Shown one piece after another: positions 32,527 to 38,671 of a stretch of DNA of 38,671 nucleotides. The DNA is taken from NCBI GenBank assembly GCA_038087875.1, contig JAXLNO010000062.1:372001-410671 (forward strand). The letters are read 5' to 3'. Each line of letters begins with the position of its first letter. Position 1 is the stretch's first letter. The position numbers and the translations under genes are program-made. A model generated the notes under the pieces. That model did no database searches, was not told the origin of the DNA, and saw only the letters and a list, made by a program, of their open reading frames with translations. The stretch is from Malacoraja senta. Taxonomy: Eukaryota.

Positions 32527-33745
32527 CAATTCAATTCAATTCAATTCAAAGCACTTTATTCGTCCCCGAGGGGCAATTTAAAAGGGCGCATTACAGTAGC
32601 TTTAAAAAAAAGGGACACAATCAACAAACATAAGCAGCACGCATACTGCACAATCAACCAACACACGCATTTCACAGACACACTGCACAATCACACAACA
32701 CACACCGCACATCAACATTCAACACATAGTAATAGTTTTCAACACATAGTAATAGTTTTTAAAGTGCTTCCTTAGTGCTTCAATTAAAAAGTGCATATAG
32801 AAGGTTATTTCATTTCATATGTTCATGAGTCAGTGATCAGCATTAAGAAGCTGGACAGCCCTGGGGATGAAGGTTGCCTTCCTCCTCTGTGTCCGGCAAC
32901 CCGGACAGCGAAGTCTGCGTCCTGAGGGGAGCCTCTCAAACTCAGGAAACAGGATGTGAGAGGGGTCCTGAAGAATCCTGCGTGTTAACTTTACAGACTG
33001 TTGGTCGCATAGGGCAGTGAGAGTTCGGACGGGCTGCTCAATGATTTTTGAGCAGACCTTGACCACATTCAACAGGCGGTTTCTGTTTTGCAGGGTGATG
33101 GAGTGGAACCAGCTAGTGAAAGAGAAAGTTATTGCATTTTCAATGAATGCGTAGTAGAATGTGGTGAGAATGTCTTTGTTAATCCCAAATAACTTCAGCT
33201 TCCTGAGTAGGTACTGTCTCTGATGGCACTTTTTAAGGATTTCCTCTGTGTTAGAGGAAAACCTTTGCAGGTTGTCGAAGGCTGTTCCCAGGTATTTGTA
33301 TACCTCCACTATCTCCACTGGCTCCTGCTGGATGATAGTGGTGGCTGCCTCAGCCATCTGTCTCTGGTGGGGGGAAAAGGTCACAATCATGTCCTTGGTT
33401 TTGCTTATATTTAGCTCAAGACAAGACTTTTCACACCATACTATAAAGTACTGCAGGGCTGAGCTGTGATGTTGTGTATGGCTGGGAAGCAGAGACAGGA
33501 GGACTGTGTCATCAGCAAATTTTACAAAGTGGCAGTTTGGCTGGGTGGATCTGTAGTCATCAGTGTAGAGAATGAAGAGAAGTGGGGAGAGGACACAGCC
33601 TTGTGGAGAGCCAGTGAAGGTGAAGAGGGTGTAGGACAAGGTATGGTTCACCAACACCCTCTGTGATCTGTTGGTGAGGAAGTCTTTAACCCACAGAGTG
33701 AGTTGGTGGTTGAGGTGGAAGCGGGTGATGAGCTTCTCAGCCAAA
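32527..33745 (-). mobile_element. Rex1/Babar LINE, 5'-truncated, RT frame open for 304 aa, in the intron between the Ig exons
   Basis: WVKDFLTNRSQRV, TGSPQGCVLSPLLF, KFADD, YKYLG, LPSGRR; (TTGAA)n tail; possible TSD AACTT at 32522-32526 and 33746-33750. Confidence 0.9.
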
Positions 33746-34016
33746 AACTTGTCACCCTGTATAACACCACGAGAGGGAGGGAGGGACAGAGAGGGAGAAA
33801 GGGAGTGAGAAAGAGAGAGAGGCAGTGAGAAAGAGAGAGAGGGAGGGATGAGGGGAGAGGGAGAGGGTGGGAGGGAGGGAGGGAGTGAGAAAGCGAGGGA
33901 GAGAGAGGGAGTGAGAGAGAGAGAGGGAGAGAGGGAGGGGAAGTGAAGAGGGAATGCCGTCCCCTATAATGGGCAATGTTGAAGGGTATGTGTACGGGAT
34001 GGCGGGGAATACTCAC

Positions 34017-34301
34017 ACTGGACATTAACAGTGATGGTCTCTGAGCTGACAGTTCCGATCTCGTTCCCCGCTGTACAGAGATACCGACCCGCTTGTTGTG
34101 GGGTAATTCTGTTGAACACCAGCGTCTGGTCCCAGTGTCTGTACACAAAGCCATTGCGGTACCAGGAGTATCTGTTCACGGGTGGATCACTCACACGGCT
34201 AACACACGTCAGACTCAGCCGGTCATTCATGTTCACGCTCACCTTCGCTCTGACCTCCACACCATTGACACGGGACTCAATGTGAACACCTTGGGGCTTA
34301 T
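34017..34301 (-). CDS. CD22/Siglec-like Ig C2-set exon (first in window)
   Basis: cgtttcag|AT AAG CCC CAA..GTC CAG T|gtgagt, 285 bp, phase 1-1; LSLTCVSRVSDPPVNRYSWYRNG..AGRYLCTAGNEIG..ITVNVQ; no leader, V-set or TM exon seen. Confidence 0.8.
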
Positions 34302-35082
34302 CTGAAACGTTTGGACAGGAAAGAGTTACCCAGGGTTAGACACACACACACACACACACACAAGCTCCCACTCTCTCCCTCACCCTCTCTTCCTCTCTCC
34401 CTCCCTCTCTCCCTCCCTTTCCCCCCTCCCTCCCTCCTAACCACCCTAGTTCATTAGGGATACTCGGCATGGTTTATTATTCCGTTTAGTTTAGAGATAT
34501 AGCGTGGAAACAGGCCCTTCGACCCACCGATTCTGTGCTGACCAGCGATCGCCCGTTCACAAGCTAGTTCTGTGTTTAGTTCAGAGATACAGCGTGGAAA
34601 CAGGCCCTTCGGCCCACCGAGTCCATGCTGACCAGCGATCGCCGCACACTAACACTAACCTACACAAACACACACACACACTAGGGGACAATTTACAATT
34701 TTTACCGAAGCCTATTAACCTGCAAACCTGCACGTCTTTGGAGTATGGGTGGAAACCGGAGCGCCCGGAGAAAACCCACGCAGGTCACAGGGAGAACGTG
34801 CAAACTCCGCAGACAGCACCCGTGGTCGGGATGGAACCTGGGTCTCTGGCGCTGTGAGGCAGCAGCTCTACCCGCTGCACCACCAGGCCGCGCTTATTCG
34901 TGTCAATATAGACAATAAACAGACAATAGGTGCAGGAGTAGGCCATTTGGCCCTTCAAACCAGCACCGCCATTCAATGTGATCATGGCTGATCATCCCCA
35001 ATCAGTACCCCGTTCTTGCCTTCTCCCCATATCCCCTGACTCCGCTATCTTTAAGAGCCCTGTCTAACTCTATCTTGAAAGC

Positions 35083-35800
35083 AGTGGACGACCAGTGGCT
35101 TTCATGTCTCGTACTCTCCAAGGTAGTGAATTGCACTACTCACCCGTCGAATAGGAAGCTACAGCAATTATTGAAGCAGTGAGAATATGGTCATTTCCTT
35201 GCTCGCCAGCACTTCAGTTTGATAATAGATCAGCGTTCAGTAGCTTTTATGCTGGATAATCGGAAACAAACGATGATTACAAACAGTAAAATTCATGAAT
35301 GGAGGATTGAATTATCTGCATATAGTTATTCAATTGAGTACCGCCCTGGTAAGGATAATGTTACTCCGGATACATTAACTCGAGCATTTTGTCCCTCTGT
35401 TCATTCTTCTGCACTCACTGATCTTCACAATGGGATGTGTCATCCTGGAGTCACTCGTTTGTTACACAATGTTCGTTCCAAAAACGCACCTTTCTCTACA
35501 GAAGATGTGAAGATGACGTGTGCTTCATGTAGAATCTGCTGAATTAAAACCAAGGTTCTTCCGTCCTGAAGAAGGAAGATTGATCAAAGCTACTCAACCT
35601 ATGGAACGTTTGAGTATTGACTTCAAAGGGCCTTTACCATCCTCCTCTCGAAATGTTTATATACTTACCATAGTTGATGAATATTCGAGGTTTCCATTTG
35701 CCTTTCCTTGTCCAAATATGTCAGCTGCTACGGTTATCAAATGTTTAGATCAACTGTTTTCACTCTGTGGATTTCCAAGTTACGTACATTCTTATGATTG
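35083..35800 (+). mobile_element. Gypsy pol fragment (RNase H to integrase)
   Basis: RPVAFMSRTL, EATAIIEAVR, IEYRPGKDN, HHCC motif (H...CHPG..CASC), IDFKGPLP, VDEYSRFPFAFPC; stops and frameshifts. Confidence 0.9.
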
Positions 35801-35829
35801 AATCCATCGACCCACACACTGGATAAATT

Positions 35830-35930
35830 AACCTCCCCCGACACCCACACTGTGGTGATTCACCCCCCGGACCCCCACAATGGGGTGATTCACCCCCCCC
35901 GGACCCCCACAATGGGGTGATTCACCCGGG
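35830..35930. repeat. Short ~30-bp minisatellite
   Basis: CCCCGGACCCCCACAATGGGGTGATTCACCC repeated about three times. Confidence 0.75.
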
Positions 35931-36777
35931 TGCCAGGCTGCCTGTCGCCCTGCTGCCGCCAAACACCAAACGATATTGCCAAGTGCAGGAACTTGGCAAT
36001 TTGAAGTAGTGGGGAGGTGTCCGACTGCCCTACGGCGACAAATATGCATGGAGGCGAGAATAATTTCTTAGCATTTCTGGAGATGGTTGGCATTTTCTTT
36101 CATTATTGATAGTGCAACCTTAATTCTGAAGAATTCCAAAAAGAACAGTTGTCAAAGTTCGTCTCTTAAAGAAAGCAGACAGCAACAAAATTGTTAAAGG
36201 TAAACCAAAGCAATCTTTTAATCAATTTGCCAGAGGGGAGTGGCGAGATCTACAAAGAGCACACACGTTGCTCAGTGCTTCTCGGGCTCCACTCAAAGAA
36301 CAAAGGAAAGTTTGTGTAATTATACATTTTCTTATCAATAAAACACACCTAAATCTGAGTGAAAGATCCGTAGCCTAAGGGAAACAAGGGAGGCTGGACA
36401 CATATACTTGCAATGTCAGCCTTATTCTCAAATCTTGGCACAGCTTCAGTACAGCTGCCCATTCCGGAAGGAATGAAAACTCCATTTTGTTTTCAAATGA
36501 CTTCCATCTTGGTTCCAGAATGGGCATCCGTCTGTGAACTAAAACAAGCTTGTAAGACTTGGATGAAAGCCACTACTTTGTCCTTAGCTGGGACAGGCAG
36601 TTCAGACATATATCTAATATGGTGCTGTGCCCAGACAATACATCTCTATGTTAATACATTGTCAATACATTGTTTGAATGATTAGCACAAACCAAGCTTC
36701 TTAGATTTCCATAACTTTATTCTGCTGGGAAAATTATCTTTTAAATTTGACTGCTTTCTGTTTTTCAGCAAATTTAA

Positions 36778-38377
36778 AAGCAACGGTGTGCCAGTAGGTT
36801 GGAGGAGCGGGCAAAGGCCTTGCCAGAGAGTGGGTAGGTGAAGGGGTGCTGGCCGGTGTGGACTCGCCGGTGCTCCAGCAGGTGGTCAAGGCGGGTGAAG
36901 CCCTTTCCACAGGACGGGCAGGGGAAGGGACACTCACCGCTGTGGGTACGCCGGTGCTGCCACAGGCTGGACATGCGGGTGAAACCCTTGCCACACTCAG
37001 CGCACACAAAGGGTGTCTCTCCGGTGTGTATCCGCTGGTGCTCCCGCAGCCCCCGTGCTCTCTTGTCACAGTGGGAGCAGCTGGTCGCCGGCGTGGGTCC
37101 GCCGGTGCTGCCGCAACCCCCGCGAGCTGTCAAACTGCTCACCGCAGTACGGGCAGTCGTAGGGCTGGCCACTTTTGTGCACGCACTGGTGAAACAGGGC
37201 ATGGGAGGCCGTGGTAAAGCGCTCTCCACACAACGGGCTGGGGACGGGACAGTCGCCGGCGTGCACCCGCTGGTGGGACAGCAGATTGGTGGAGCGGGTG
37301 AAGCCCTTGCCGCACTGGGTACAGTTGTAGGGGCGCTCACCAGTGTGGGTGCGCTGGTGGTACAGCAGTGTGCCGGAGCGGGTGAAGCACTTGCCGCACT
37401 GGGTACAGGTGTAGGGGCGCTCGCCGGTGTGGGTGCGCTGGTGCTCCTGCCGGTGGCTGGAACGGGTGAAGCCCTTGCCGCACTGGGTACAGGTGAAGGG
37501 GCGCTCGCCAGTGTGGGTACGCTGGTGGGACATCAGGCTGCTGGAGTGGGTGAAGCCCTTGCCGCACTGGGCGCAGGTGTAGGGGCGCTCGGCGGTGTGG
37601 GTGCGCTGGTGGTACAGCAGGTGACCGGACTGGGTGAAACCCTTGCCGCATTGGGCGCAGGTGTAGGGGCGCTCGCCGGTGTGGGTGCGCTGGTGCGCCT
37701 GCAGGTGGCTGGAGCAGGTGAAGCCTTTGCCGCACTGGGTACAGGTAGGGGCGCTCGCCAGTGTGGGTGCGATGGTGGGACATCAGGCTGCTGGAGTGGG
37801 TGAAGCCCTTGCCGCACTGGGCGCAGGTGTAGGGGCGCTCGGCGGTGTGGGTGCGCTGGTGGTACAGCAGGTGACCGGACTGGGTGAAACCCTTGCCGCA
37901 TTGGGCGCAGCTGTAGGGGCGCTCGCCGGTGTGGGTGCGCTGGTGCGCCTGCAGGTGGCTGGAGCGGGTGAAGCCTTTGCCGCACTGGGCGCAGGTGTAG
38001 GGGCGCTCGCTGGTGTGGGTGCGTTGGTGGGACAGCAGGTTGCCGGACTGGATGAAGCCCTTGCCGCAGTCGCTGCAGGTGTAGGGGCGCTCGCCAGTGT
38101 GGGAGCGTTGGTGCACCAGCAGCTTGCTGGAGGTGAAGCCCTTGCCGCAGTCGCTGCAGGTGTAGCATGGTACAGGTGTAGGCGTGTGCAGGCGCCTGTG
38201 CACCTTCAGATCCGGCGACGACTTGAAGCTCTTGCCGCACTCCGAGCAGTCGAAGGGGCGTTCTCCCGTGTGAACCCGCCGGTGGATCTCCAGCTCGCTC
38301 GGGCGCTGACACGCCTTGCCACACACGTCGCACTCATAACGCTTCTCCTTGTTGTGCCCCCTCATGTGGTCCTCCAT
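36778..38377 (-). pseudogene. Tandem C2H2 zinc-finger gene without a visible KRAB; about 15 fingers to the stop at 37066 if a 2-bp deletion at ~37746 is repaired, plus 3-4 out-of-frame fingers downstream
   Basis: Repeated [27 protein letters not shown]; acceptor cctgcag| with exon start at 38492; ATG at 38377; minus-strand AATAAA at ~36716-36721. Confidence 0.85.
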
Positions 38378-38671
38378 CGAAGCTCAGCCCACACACCGAG
38401 CAGATGGGGGAAGGGGGCTCACCGGCACCCTGGCCACCCTCAATGGCCGCTCACGTCCCCGTCTCTCCATCCACAGCAACGGCTCCTAAACCCTGCAGGA
38501 GGGGAACACAGAGGGTCAACAAGCTGGCAAACAGGACATTACTAGCACATATTGGGTGCATTTATGGCGGAGGAAACCGTTATATAATTCTACGCGGCAC
38601 AGGGGCGCAGCGGTACAGTTGCCTCACCGCCAGAGACCCGGGCTCGATCTTGACTACGGGTGCTGTCTGTG

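Noticed and set aside
32250..34440. (CT)/(GA)/(CA) tracts flanking the Ig exons as special elements
   Set aside because: Ordinary intronic microsatellite and low-complexity sequence
36838..38545. Long Ala/Gly/Val-rich plus-strand ORFs
   Set aside because: Antisense reading of the GC-rich zinc-finger repeat

Overview
Eukaryotic, repeat-dense vertebrate DNA, most likely a cartilaginous fish (skate/ray). This is inferred from HE1-type V-SINEs, HER1/CR1 LINEs and Penelope-derived fold-back elements. No intact host gene is evident. Four damaged or partial genes lie side by side. (1) A lone AGA coding exon 3 (minus, 2777-2889). (2) A NEIL3 copy (plus; exons at 11544, 13421, 18920, 25255 and 28012) with a 4-bp insertion giving TGA at codon 7, no exon 4, and nothing after exon 6. 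(3) Two CD22/Siglec-like Ig C2 exons (minus), the last with a GT>GG donor. (4) A KRAB-less C2H2 zinc-finger array (minus) frameshifted at the junction of a 3-finger duplication. AGA and NEIL3 are head-to-head around a CpG island. The rest is nested mobile DNA: CR1, Rex1/Babar, L2, L1, a circularly permuted Hero (R2-group) element carrying a teleost-like AFC/CORE SINE, Penelope pieces with hammerhead ribozyme cores, two Gypsy fragments, Harbinger MITEs, a hAT-like end and a Helitron 3' end. The best reading is a segmental-duplication mosaic of decaying gene fragments. I found no clearly new biological system. Exon boundaries were read base by base; repeat boundaries are approximate; comparisons with human genes and repeat families are from memory, not database searches.
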